From assembly GCA_000092065.1 (NCBI GenBank), contig CP000581.1: a DNA stretch of 64,000 nucleotides, one strand, 5' to 3'. Numbering within the stretch: the stretch's first letter is position 1; each line of letters starts with the position of its first letter. The position numbers were made by a program, and so were the translations under genes. This document shows positions 1-11,600 of this stretch, one piece after another. Source of the DNA: Ostreococcus lucimarinus (taxonomy: Eukaryota). The notes under the pieces were generated by a model, which worked only from the letters and a program-made list of their open reading frames with translations, was not told where the DNA came from and ran no database searches.

Positions 1-255
1 CGGCGAGCAGTCGCATCGCGTTCGCGTCGTCATCGCGCGTTCGCGTCGTCGTCGACCGCGCGTCGCGTCGAGTCTCGCGTCGTCGCTCTCGCACCTGCTG
101 CATGTTTCGTCGACGAACGCTCGGACGACGGGCGTCGAAATGCCGACACGCGCGCGCGATCGGACGCGATCGGACCTTTCGGGGTCGACACGACACGAGG
201 GACTGTATGTTGAGTCACGATTCGTGGATATTTGCGTATAAAAATTCGAAATTGG

Positions 256-3200
256 CTAAGAAGGAAAAGAATTTTGCGTTTTGGACGCGGCCTGATTCGG
301 ACGCGAGGGCGACGACGGGTGCGCGACGGCGGCGGCGCACTCGTGCACGGCGAGGGGAAGGCCGGGGAAGGTGAGCGTGACGTACGCGGCAAAAATCGCG
401 CGACGTTGATCGCGAGTGTAGGAACGCGCGGAGGCGTCGAGATCGACGCCGAAAGGCAGGGCGTCGGCGTCGGCGAGCTTGCGAAGAAGCGGGGCGAGCT
501 CCTTGTTGGTCTCGGGCGGGTGCTCGTGGACGTTTCGGCAGAATCTTAAGAGATCAGCGAAGCCAGCGCGGTAGGGCTTGGTGCTTTGCTCCGAAGATTG
601 ACCTCGCGGCGGTTTTTGCTTGTGGTTGTTGGCGTCCGACGAGTGCGGGACGCCGTCGCCGTTTCGCTGCGCAAAGTTTACCACGCGCGACAAGAGGGCT
701 GGTTCGATTTGACGTTGCCAATCTTGGAGGTCCATGGATACCGCGGCGAGAAGTGCGCCTCGTTCGCTGTCACCGCCCAAGAGCGCTTTTGTGTTGACAC
801 TCTGAAGCACGCTCGTCAGGCTGGTTTGTAGCTTGGCGGATCCCGCGTGCAGGTCGCTCAAGTTTTCAAGGACGGTGTCGTCGTCCCACAGCAGTGGATG
901 ATTCAGTACTCCTTCTGCCGTCGGCCGCATCGCCGGGTTGGGCGATAACATCGCCGAAAGCAAATGGCGCGCCTCAATCGCGCGTCTGGGCGGCATGTCG
1001 TTTGCATTCATGAGTCGTTGTAAGTTGTAACGACCGTTGAGAATCTCGTCGTCGCTCGGCTTCACATTCGGGTCTTCACCAAATGGAGAGTTGAACCCGG
1101 TGAGGACGTAAAAGAACACGACACCCATCGCCCAAATATCCGCCGCGGGTGTCAAGGGCTTTCGAGCCAAGATTTCGGGCGCACGCCCGGCCAAGACGAT
1201 GGAGATGCCGTACTTGCTGAACGTACCCAACGAGTATTGATCAGAGTCGCCCTCTTCTTTGCGAAGTCGCACGCCGAGACCGACGTCGGCGATTTTTACC
1301 TTGCCATTTGAAGTCACAAGCAAGTTTTCTGGCTTCAAATCGTTATGTGTGATGCACCCTTGCGTCTTGCCGTCGTCGTGAAGCCATGCGATGCCTTCGG
1401 CGACGCCTTTCAGCAACTTGATTCGTTTCGCCGCCAAGAGATTCGGCTGGCGCGCGATGTGCTCGCGAAGCGACTCTGGACAGAGCTCTTGTGCGATGAA
1501 GACGTTAGAACTCGTGATACCCCAGCAGTGGAAGAACGGAACCAATGGTGACTGATTGAGTGCCGTCATCAACTCGACTTCGCGTTCGACGAGTTGCACG
1601 AGATCACGACCCTTCTCGCCAGGCGGGCGCGCGATTCTTTTGACTGCAACGGCGTGCCTTGCACGCGAAGTGTGTCTAACGTATCCTCGAAAAACGTAAG
1701 TACCCGCGCTGCCGACACCGATGACTTCTTCCTCGTTATAAATGATGCTTTCGCCGACGCGACGCCAGCCACTCGTGCCGTCCGACGTATCATCCGTCAT
1801 TTCCCCGACACCATCTTCGTCCGGCACCGCGTTCGCCCACGCGAGTTTAACGTCTTCGAAGTCTTCACTGTCACTGCTTGCCATAAGTTCGGTTTCAGCA
1901 GATTCGAACAACGGACCACGCACGCCGTTGTCTCGGCCTGCGAACCGTACAGGCTTTTTTGAGCTCATTCCAGACATCTTTGGAGTCGAAGACTTTGATG
2001 GCTTCACCAACCCACTTGCCGCATTCGCCATGCGTTGAATCTGTTCATGTTCGGCTTGCGTAATATCCAAGCTTTCTCTCAGCGTGAGTAGCATTTGTGC
2101 GCTTTCAGGAGTGACCGTGCCGGTGGCCCACGCGACTTTGCTCGCCGCGAAATACGCGCGCAAACGCTGGTCACCACCTTCGAGCGCAGATTCGGCTTCT
2201 AACTCGCTCAGCACAGCTTTTGCTCGACGCATATCAACGTCCGTCGACTCTGGGTCGCGTTGTGACTCTTCGAGCGCTAACCGAAGTTCAGTTCGACTTC
2301 TACTCAAAATAGCCGTCTCCAAACGTTCAAGACGTCGCCACCTCACGAGGACTCGTTCAGCTTTTTCAATCAATTCATCCAATTGCCACGGCCAAGCAGA
2401 AGAACGCGCCCTAGATAGGGCTGATTCTAGCACTTTGACATCTTCGGACGTGATCCCACCGACGGCTTGATCGATTCCATTTGCCGACGGCCTCATCGCT
2501 TCGAGAAGCGCCGCGCGAGCACCCTCCATGTCTTGTAGCGCGGTTGCTCGACTCTGCACTCGACTCACGAGAGTGTTCAGCTTTGCGGCGCCTTCTTGCG
2601 TCAGTGGCGGACCGTTCGATGCAAGCTTAGCCGCCTGTAGCAATAAATTCTCCAACCTAGGCACAGATTCCACGCTCCTACTCGTCTCATCCGCTAGAGC
2701 AGCGCGTAAATCCGATTCAAGCGCGTCGGCGCGCAAAGCGCGTTCGGCTCCAATGACCGCCGCTGTCAAAGCGCTTCGCGCGCTTTTCTTCTTCTTGCTA
2801 CCGCCTTCATCAGCGATGGAGTCTATGACAGCGGCAAACGGATCGGGGTCGTAGGACATAGACGCCGCCGCTTCGTCAACGTCGTCGAACTCATCCAGGC
2901 TCGATTGCACGTCCTCTGCGACGTCTGTCGCGTTACCTAAGAACTGTTCAGCCCGTGCGTAAGTCGCTTGCAAAGCCTGAACATCCATAGGAACCTGCAA
3001 ACACGCTGCTCGTAAGGCATTCGCGAGCGCCAACTCTTCGGCCGCGCTCGCCTTACTACGAATGTCTCTCATTAACTTTTCGCCTTCATCCTGCATGGCG
3101 CCGAGCGCGCGTGCTTCTTTGAGCGCTTCCTCGAGAACGATAAGAGCACGACCTTGGGGGTCGGTTTGCGCCGCTTCAAACGCCCGGAGTACACTTTTTC

Positions 3201-4133
3201 TAGCCTGCACGCGTTTCACCGATCGACCGAGGAGAATCTTCGTGCGACCCTCCATGAGGGTCTTGAGCCGTTCCTTCTCCACATTACGCGCCTTGCCCGT
3301 CTTCACGGACACCGCAAGTGAGTTGTCCAACCACAACGTGAGCTGCACAAATGGGACTTCTTTTTCGAGCAACAGTTCAACAGTGTTGACCATGGCTTCG
3401 CCGTCGGATTCAGCCGCATCTTCGTCCCCAGGGGCGGAAATATTCAACAACATGACGAGCTTCTTGTGCCCTTTTCGCCGTTTTGCATATAGCTCGCTCG
3501 TTTCGTTTTCCCAAATCCCCTCTCGCGAGTACGTGACGAGCTCGTACGGATTATCGGGCCAGAGCCGAGCGAACACCGTTCGTAAATCTCCCATCGTCGC
3601 ACACTGTGGTAACAAGACGTAAATCTTACTCTTTAGCGCTGCTTGTTCGTCTGCCGAGCCGCTCCCCACACGCATTCCACCCGCCGCCGCCAACGCACTT
3701 GTCACCATTAGCACCGTCCGAAGCGTCAAAGCCGTCGTCGGTTGCGTCCAATGGTCCCAAGTCGGCAACATCACCGGCATCTCAGCCGTCGCGTTCCCAG
3801 GATTCTCCACGCTCCGTCCCGCCGCCAACGCCTTGGTCGAGGTTGGAAACGTCGTCGCCGCCCGCAACGACGGCACCGGCACGTGCATCGCCACGCTCGG
3901 CGTTTCGCCGACCACGAGCTTATTCGCCGGAAAGCTCGTCACCTCATTCACGATGACATCCGTCACCTCTTTTACGACCAGCGTCGTCGACGTCTCGCCG
4001 CCGAGGTGCCAACGCACGACGGCTTCGAGCGCGTCCATCTTCGACCCAGGCGCGACGCTCGGTGGCGCCGGCGCTTGGTACACCGTCACCAGCGACGACG
4101 CGCGCCGAACGAAGCCCTCGATCGGGGCCATCC
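256..4133 (-). CDS. Ser/Thr protein kinase fused to a C-terminal KEN (IRE1/RNase L-type ribonuclease) domain, with a long N-terminal globular plus coiled-coil region and no lumenal sensor or TM segment
   Basis: ORF 256..4905 (−). The kinase motifs are present (AVAVKRI, HNDLKPENLLV, a DVG variant of DFG, APEIL). They are followed by HPLLWDDD…DLLRFCRNVHEHPPE…YVTLTFPGLPLAVHE, which matches the IRE1 KEN domain (HPFFW…DLLRAMRNKKHHYRELP…YFTSRFPHLLAHTY). Residues upstream of MNDWMAPIEGF (start ~4133) are R-rich low complexity and overlap the divergent neighbour, so I place the start at 4133; 4767 is an alternative. Confidence 0.6.
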
Positions 4134-4765
4134 AATCGTTCATCGCCTCACCGGCGCGCGCGCCGTCGTCGTCGTCGTCCGTCTTGGCTGTCCGCCGCAC
4201 CGACGTCGACGTCGACCGACGCGTCGCGCCCGCGCGTCGCCGCGCGCGCGCCGTCGCGCCCGCACCGCGCGCCGTCGGCGTCGTCGACGTCGACGACGAC
4301 GCCGCGCCGTGCGACGCCGCGCGCGCGCAGGGCGTCATCGTCGCGGTCGCGCGTCGGTGTGTACCGAACACAGCGACGCGCGAACGCGAAAGATGTTCCG
4401 ACGATGCGCAACGACCGCGGCTCGAGAGCTCGCGCGGGCGCGCCAACGCGCGAAAGCGATCGCGGTGCGCGCGTTGAAGCGTCGAACGCGCGCGAACGCG
4501 ACGCACGCGAACGCGTGAAGGGGAATGATTGAAAGACACGGGGACGCGCGGACGTTCGATCGACGACGACTGACGACGCTGACGGCGCGCGATGCGCGAT
4601 GCGTGGACGCAGGAGAGCGCGACGAGCGCGATGGTATCGATCGATGCGCCGATGGGGTCATCGGGGCGGGCGTGGGTGATGATGCCGCGAACAGCGAGGC
4701 TGGCGGCGACGACGACGTTCGCGAGCGCGGCGGCGTTCGCGGCGTCGGCGACGTCTGCGGCGTGC

Positions 4766-5398
4766 ATGGGCGCGAGTGAGACTAAAGTCGCGAGCGGTGA
4801 GGACGGTGATGCGAATGTGAAGGAAGCGAAGCCGACGGGGACGCCGACGGTGGTTTTCGTGCTCGGCGGTCCGGGCGCGGGGAAGGGAACGCAGTGCGCG
4901 AACATCGTTCGCGACTACGCCTTCGTGCACTTGTCCGCAGGAGACTTGCTCCGCGCGCACATGAAAAGCGGGAGCAAAGATGGAAATATGGTGGCAGAGA
5001 TGATAAAACAAGGTCAGATCGTGCCGAGCGAGGTGACGGTCAATTTGCTCTTGGAAGCGATGCGCGCTAGCGGAAAGGATCGATTTTTAATCGATGGGTT
5101 CCCGCGAAACAAGGAAAATCGCGATGCGTGGGAAACGACCGCGGGCTTCGATTGCGATTTTGTTCTATTTTTCGACTGCCCAGAGGAAGTCATGACAGAG
5201 CGTTTACTCGGCCGTAACGAGGGTCGAACGGACGACAACATTGATACCATCAAGAAGCGTTTCAAGACGTTTCGCGAGAGTTCCATGCCGGTGATCAACT
5301 ACTACGACAGCTTGAACAAGGTTTGCAGCGTCAACAGCGACCAATCGCCCGAAGATGTGTACGCGCAAACTAAAGAGTATTTCTCGAAGTTCGCTTGA
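4766..5398 (+). CDS. UMP-CMP kinase (adenylate kinase family)
   Basis: [16 protein letters not shown]…HLSAGDLLR…GFPRN, the P-loop and NMP-binding motifs of eukaryotic UMP-CMP kinase. The ATG at 4766 gives a short N-terminus; an upstream in-frame ATG at 4592 would add a transit-peptide-like extension ([18 protein letters not shown]). Confidence 0.8.
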   Translation: MGASETKVASGEDGDANVKEAKPTGTPTVVFVLGGPGAGKGTQCANIVRDYAFVHLSAGDLLRAHMKSGSKDGNMVAEMIKQGQIVPSEVTVNLLLEAMRASGKDRFLIDGFPRNKENRDAWETTAGFDCDFVLFFDCPEEVMTERLLGRNEGRTDDNIDTIKKRFKTFRESSMPVINYYDSLNKVCSVNSDQSPEDVYAQTKEYFSKFA

Positions 5399-5512
5399 TC
5401 GTCGTTTATTTATAGCTCATCGGCAGCTACGAGTTGTAAGTGCAGAACGAAGAAATATGAAGACGTATCCGAGCTAATATTACACAGGTTGCGCCATCGT
5501 GCTTGCAGTTTG

Positions 5513-7336
5513 TCAATCAACTTTTCGCGATGCGCGAGCTGACCAACCGATCGGCCCGAAAGAGTTCTTGTTTGGCGCTACGCGTTGCTCTCGCGGGTTG
5601 CTTACTTCTAATTCAGCGACAAACTGACCATGTTCCGAAGTCTTGATGCGCGAGTCGGGCAGCTTCCAACCTCTCGCGATGAAGGCGCGCAACTCAGGCC
5701 CTGAAAACTGAGTTTTCAGACGACTATTACGGTCCCTGGGCGGTAGGGCGTCGTCGTCGCGCTCGAGACCTTTGGCGATGAACTCTGCGCGATTTTTCCA
5801 GCTCTTGGCGAGTTCAGCTTGCACGGCGACTTCCCGCGCGAATCTATCATGCTCTCGCGTATCAAAGGACGACAAATGCGCAATTTCCTTCTTGAGGGCC
5901 TCGATTTCTAAGTTTTTCGCGTTCAAGACTTTGTTCAGGTCGTCAACTTTGCTGCTCGTCTCCGCCATGACGAGCTCTATTTTCTTTTCGCCGAACGTTC
6001 GGGTTTCTTGCGCTTGGGCAATGCTTTCCTTCACCTTACGTTCAGCCATGTGTTCGGAGCTCTCTGCTTCGGCTTTGGACTTCGACGCGGATTTCACATT
6101 ATCGGATACAATCGAACGAAGTTGTTTTATCTCCTCATTCTGCGCCGTAACTTGCTCCTGAAGTGATACAATGATTTCAGTCGCTTTTGTCTTGGCGGCG
6201 GTGAGCGTAGCGTATTCCTCCAAAATTTCGTTCTGGCGGAAGAGCTGAGACTCTGCGGTCTCGGCACGAACGACAGCGGCAGAGATGAGCTGCTCACTCG
6301 TACGTTTCTGCTCTTCGGCGCGCTCTTCCGCTGCCTTTTGCGCGATTCTGGCGTTTTTGACGGCCAACTCGGACGATTCCTTCGCATTCTCGATGCGTTT
6401 GCTGATGGTTTGTTCTGTTTGCGTGATTTTGGATTCGGCTAGCGTAGCGCGCGTGATGGCTTCCGTCGCCCGAATGGTCATGTCTTCTACTGTAGCCATC
6501 AGCGCGAAGATTTCTTGCTCCTTGGCGGTGAGAGTATTCTCCAACGTGTTCTTCTCGTCGCGGGTGGTCTCAAACTGGGTCATGTAAGTTCTGAGTGCCT
6601 CATTTTGTTCCTCGAGTGCCGTGATATTGTCCGTCAGCGCCGTAATCTTCGCACTCTCCGCCTCCATGGCGCTCTCGTGCGACGCTTCCCACATCGCAAT
6701 TTGGTCCTTCGTCTCTGCTTGCACCGTCGCCTCAAGCTTCTTCATGAGCTTGGCTGCGGCTTCCGCTTGTTCCGTCGCGAGCTTTTGCGCCGAGTCGGCA
6801 TCTTGCCGAAATCTTGTGATTTTCTGCTGCTGTTCCGCGTCCAAAGCCTTGCGTACTCGACGTTCGATCTCGCCTTCAACTTGAGCGTACATCTGAGCGC
6901 GAGCGCCTTCGAGACTTTCCATCGCCTTGACTTTAACGCGTTCAATCTCAATACGGAGCGCCACATTTTCATCACGCACGCCGTCGATTGTCGCAGTCAA
7001 CGCGCTCTCCAGCTGCTTCTTATCCATCATCACCTGATCGAGCAACACCGACAGCGCCTTGTTCCTTCGTTCAAGCGTCTGCGACTCGTCGCTTGCCACC
7101 TCCAACTTTCTCATCGCGTCAATCTCGCTCATCGTGCTCTGCTCCCACGCCTCGTCCATCGCGTTGGAATCCATGGGCACCCTGGACGTCGTCTCCGCCG
7201 ATTCCTCGCGCGAACGTCGCGCGGCGCTCCAACCTCGCCGGCGTCCCACAGTCCCCGGCGCCATCTTTCCGGTTGCTTTCGTCCTATTGCGCGATCCGAC
7301 CGCGCGCGCGCCGTGCAATTCCATTTTGCGCATCAT
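5513..7336 (-). CDS. Coiled-coil protein of unknown function
   Basis: A 607-aa ORF made almost entirely of heptad-like E/K/A/L/Q-rich sequence. No recognisable catalytic motif; start uncertain (7336 or the internal MAPGTVG / MDSNAM). Confidence 0.45.
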   Translation of the reverse strand: MMRKMELHGARAVGSRNRTKATGKMAPGTVGRRRGWSAARRSREESAETTSRVPMDSNAMDEAWEQSTMSEIDAMRKLEVASDESQTLERRNKALSVLLDQVMMDKKQLESALTATIDGVRDENVALRIEIERVKVKAMESLEGARAQMYAQVEGEIERRVRKALDAEQQQKITRFRQDADSAQKLATEQAEAAAKLMKKLEATVQAETKDQIAMWEASHESAMEAESAKITALTDNITALEEQNEALRTYMTQFETTRDEKNTLENTLTAKEQEIFALMATVEDMTIRATEAITRATLAESKITQTEQTISKRIENAKESSELAVKNARIAQKAAEERAEEQKRTSEQLISAAVVRAETAESQLFRQNEILEEYATLTAAKTKATEIIVSLQEQVTAQNEEIKQLRSIVSDNVKSASKSKAEAESSEHMAERKVKESIAQAQETRTFGEKKIELVMAETSSKVDDLNKVLNAKNLEIEALKKEIAHLSSFDTREHDRFAREVAVQAELAKSWKNRAEFIAKGLERDDDALPPRDRNSRLKTQFSGPELRAFIARGWKLPDSRIKTSEHGQFVAELEVSNPREQRVAPNKNSFGPIGWSARASRKVD

Positions 7337-7882
7337 GTTTCCCCCTCGCGCGCGTGCTCACGTCGCGAGCACGCCTCGCTCGCGCGCACGGCGTCAAAGA
7401 AAGCGCACAACACCCGATTTGGATGAATCCGCTTTTCGTCGACGACGGGTCGCGCGCTCCGAACGGGTCGCGCGCGCGTCGACAACGCGACGAGCGATTC
7501 GCGGGTTATTCGACCGCGCGCGTTCGCGCCGTTCGCGACGACGCGAGGGCGATGCGCGGCGCGTTGTGTCGCGCGCCGGCGTGCCAGCGTTGGCAGCCAC
7601 CGGTCGGTCGGTCGGTCGGTTACTAGATATTTTAGGTGTGAGGTGTGATCTCTGAGTTGGCGCGCTTCTTCTTCTTTGGTACGACGAGTGTTGGCTGCGC
7701 TGTATGAGTGATATTAAATACGAAGAATCTAAGCGCGCGCGCGACGACGCGCGCGCGAGGGTGGCGATGGGGAAGTCGCGCGGTGATCAAACGACCTGCG
7801 CGGCGAGGACGGCGAGGCGTCAGTGTCCGAGTCGAACGCCGACGGCGATTTCACTACGGGCGCTCGGCGAGAGCGCGTGCGT

Positions 7883-8542
7883 CTATCCTTGTCTGGAGGC
7901 GAAGAAATTCATCACGCGTCCGAGCAAGTCTGATAACACGTAAATCCCGAGCAACGCGAGGATCGGCGATCGCGCGAACCCGAGCGCGCCCGACGCGACG
8001 CTCTCGTCCACTACCTTGGCTTCCTCGGCGTCCAAATTCGCCGGAACGTATTTGACCGAAACCGAGTTCACGCAGTGTCGCTCCATCGTCGCCGAGAATC
8101 CCTCGTTTTCAAACACATGCCCGAGATGGCCATCACACGCCGCGCACATGATCTCCACCCGTCGCATCCCGAACGCGTTATCGATCTCCGTCTTCAACGC
8201 GCCCGCGTAGCACTTGTCAAACGCCGGCCAGCCGCACCCGCTGTCAAACTTCGATTTGGCGCTGTACAGCGGCGTACCGCAACCGCGGCACACGAAGTGT
8301 CCTTCGCTCGGGTAGAACTTATCGTACTCTCCAGTGCGCGCGGGTTCGGTGCCTTTTTGTCGCAGCACTTGGAACGCTTGCGCGTCGAGCTCTTGCTTCC
8401 ACTCGCTCTCGGGTTTTTCGACGCGAGTCACGTCGACGCGCTTGGACATGGCGCGCGCGACGCGCGCGCGCGCGCGCGTGGGCTTGATGAGAACGCGAGT
8501 GAAGTCAGCGCGCGCGCGCGAGACGTGCGACGCGAAGGACAT
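7883..8542 (-). CDS. msrB: Peptide methionine sulfoxide reductase B (SelR domain) with a C-terminal hydrophobic tail
   Basis: GHFVCRGCGTPLYSAKSKFDSGCGWPAF…CAACDGHLGHVFENEG, i.e. the two CxxC zinc motifs and catalytic Cys of MsrB. The C-terminal SPILALLGIYVLSDLLGRVMNFF looks like a tail-anchor TM helix. The N-terminal ~30 aa may be a presequence (alternative start 8449). Confidence 0.8.
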   Translation of the reverse strand: MSFASHVSRARADFTRVLIKPTRARARVARAMSKRVDVTRVEKPESEWKQELDAQAFQVLRQKGTEPARTGEYDKFYPSEGHFVCRGCGTPLYSAKSKFDSGCGWPAFDKCYAGALKTEIDNAFGMRRVEIMCAACDGHLGHVFENEGFSATMERHCVNSVSVKYVPANLDAEEAKVVDESVASGALGFARSPILALLGIYVLSDLLGRVMNFFASRQG

Positions 8543-8639
8543 GGAACGCGCGGCGGCGTGTGGAGCGCGAGTTGCGATCTCCCGATGGGTGACGTGGGTG
8601 GAACTGGAGATTTGGATAGCACGTCGGGCGAAGGCGGCG

Positions 8640-11600
8640 CTACAAGTCTAAAGCTAAGGCAGCGAACGCGGCGTAGACGAGGAAAAATATGAGAAATGTG
8701 CCTGTGCGAGCGGCGGAGTGATAGTACACGCAAGCTTCGACGGAAGTCGAACCGGCGGAGCTGTTGAAATGGTACAGCGGACATCGCTCGCACAGAGTTA
8801 CGACGGTCGCGCCCGAGGTGACGCCGTAGGTACCCTCCGGACACAGCGTGCAGTTCGCGAGACCGAGGGTGGAGGCGTATGTGCCGGGCGTACACGCATC
8901 ACATGCAGCTTTGCCGCCGGCCGAGGCGCGTCCAAGCGGGCACGGACGACAGACGGTGTCGTCGCCCGTCGTCGCCCCTTGAATCGCGCCGTATGTGCCC
9001 GGGCGGCACGGCTTGCACGTGGACAAACCTGTGACGTCGGAATACGTGCCCGCGGGACATGGGTCGCACAGCTGCGATGCTTCCGTGTCGGAATACGTGC
9101 CAGCGGCGCATTCGATGCACGTCGCAACGCTCGTGCCGCCTTGCTCAGTGCCGTACGTGCCGGCTGGACAACCATCGCAGATCGCCATGCCAGTTTGGCC
9201 CGCGTAAGTTCCAGGTTCACAGTCGCTACAAGATACGGATGCGTCGAGCGAGTACTGACCGATCGCACACTCCAAACAATTTTCGACCGTCGGACTCGCT
9301 TCGACGATGGAATATGTTCCCGCGACGCAATCGATACATCCTGTGGCGGCTGTTGTGTTTGAATACGTGCCCGCGACGCAGTTGAGACATTCAGCCAAAC
9401 CTTCAATGTCTGAGTACGTACCCGTCGGACACGGTTGTAGATTCACCGCCGAAGTGGCACCTTCATCCGGAAGGAAATAGCCAGCGGGCGCAGCTTTGCA
9501 CTCGAGTAAGCCCTCCTCATCCCCGTACGTACCCGCAGGGCACCGAAGACAGTCGACTTGACCATCCGCGGGGTTGTACGTACCGACGGCGCACAATGTG
9601 CACGCCGATACGCTCGTCGCCCCTTCAGCGGCGGAATACGATCCCGCTGGGCAAAGTTTACAGCTCTCCGCGGGAATACCGCTCCCCGGCGCTATGTCAG
9701 AGTAACTCCCTGGCCCACACAACGTACACGCGTCACTTCCTTCATTTATCGATACAGAGCCCAGCGGGCAGTCCTCGCAATCGGTCTTGGCGACGCTTCC
9801 CGTCGTCGCAAGAGCCGTGCCTGCTGGGCACTGCTCACAAGTTTCGCGGCCCTCAGTTGAACTGTAGCTACCAGCGGCACAGGGAACACATACGGTGCTA
9901 CCGAGATCATTCGTAGCGGTCCCAAGCGGGCATGGCAGACATTGATCGACGCTGGTCGCGCCAGTGTCCGCGAGATATGTACCTTTCGGGCACAAGTCAC
10001 ACGTGGGTTCGCCGGCATCGGCTTGATACTGCCCCGCGGGACATTCCTTGCACGGTTCACCATCTGCTGCATAAAAGCCGGCTGGACACACATCACAATC
10101 ATCCTCGCTCACGCTGGCGTAATTTATTGAATACTTTCCAGGCGGACATGTCGTACACTCTGACGTGTCTGTGCGATCGGCTGGACCGTATCGGCCAGGC
10201 GGGCAATCGAGGCACGCACCCATACCCGCATGCGGTGCATATTTACCCGTACCGCAATTTACGCAATCACCTTCCGCAACCGCACCGTCGGTCGCCGTGA
10301 CTTTACCCGCAGGACATGATTTACATAAAGTTTGTCCTTCTTGGTCCTGATACGTACCCGCTTCGCACTTCGTGCAGAACTGATTCAGACCGAGAACTAA
10401 TGTTGACGTCGAGCCAGCGACGGCGGTGTATGTGCCAACTGCGCATTGCTGACATGCATTTTGTAAACTATCTCGTACGATTACGTTTGCCGTTCCAACG
10501 CCGGAATACCCTGCAGGACACTTTGTGCACTCGGTCGCCCCTGCAGTTGCGCTGTACGTACCGTCTGGACACGACAGGCATACACTTTGGCCCATATCCG
10601 ATGTATAAGTTCCCACTGCGCATGGTACGCAGTCATCGACGGATGACATTGTAGCCGTAGCGTCGCCAGTTGTCCCCGCTGGACACGGTGTACACTCGAC
10701 AGCGCCACCTTCTGAGTAAAATCCGATATCGCACGGGTCGCACGCCGACGCACCAGGCGCCGAAGCATCTGTGCCCGCAGGACACGGCTCACATTGCGAG
10801 GCTCCTGTACTCGCAGCAAATTTACCAGCTGGACAGCTCACGCAGTCGCTCGATCGCTGCGCCCCGACGGCCCCGTTGAACGTGCCTATTGGACACCCCG
10901 TGCATGATGCTTGTCCTGTGAGAACTTGATACGAACCCGTCCCGCACGGCGTGCATGATGAGCTTCCCTCCGCCGCGCTGTAGCTCCCTGCCGGGCAAGA
11001 TTCGCAGAATGAAGATGCGAACGCCCCTTCAAACGGAACGAAGGTCCCAGCAGGACATTTAGAGCATACTGATAGACCTGTTGTCGCCGCGTAAGCTCCG
11101 CTTTCACACAGGATACATGATGAACTCGCAGATTCGTTTTGATACTGACCCAAAGGACACGCAGAACAGACGAACGAAGTGAAGTCATTCGTGTAACCTC
11201 CAGCCGAACACGCCGAACACTGTCCCGTTTCAGTATCACGCTCGTACCCAACGTCACACGAAACGCGTAGAGCTAAAGAAAAACCACCCACAGCGACAAC
11301 CATGGTGACTTGTTGCACCTCAGCGACGATGACGGGCGCGGCGACGTACTCCACTTCGCCGTACAACCCCACGTCAGCCGTTGAAAGATATCCGCCCTTG
11401 AACGGCCGAGTGGCACCCATGACTAACGCTTCGAATTCTGCGTTCGATCCACCAACTCGACCGCTCGCATCGAGCGTATCTCGAAACGCATAGAATAATG
11501 TCGACGATGCGCCGCTCTGCAACTCTGTGCCGTAATTGGCTAACAGGCGACGTCTACTGGCACTGATCGCGGTTTGTTGCCATCCTCGCAGCGTCAAAGT

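Noticed and set aside
30-392. 120-aa ORF at the left edge (− strand) and overlapping + strand ORFs
   Set aside because: Low-complexity R/P/S-rich translations lying in the 3' flank of the kinase-KEN gene; no supporting motif.
4134-4905. N-terminal 257 codons of the track ORF for the kinase-KEN gene
   Set aside because: Arg-rich, compositionally unlike the rest of the protein, open in several frames on both strands, and overlapping the divergent UMP-CMP kinase. It is more likely promoter/5'UTR DNA; start moved to 4133.
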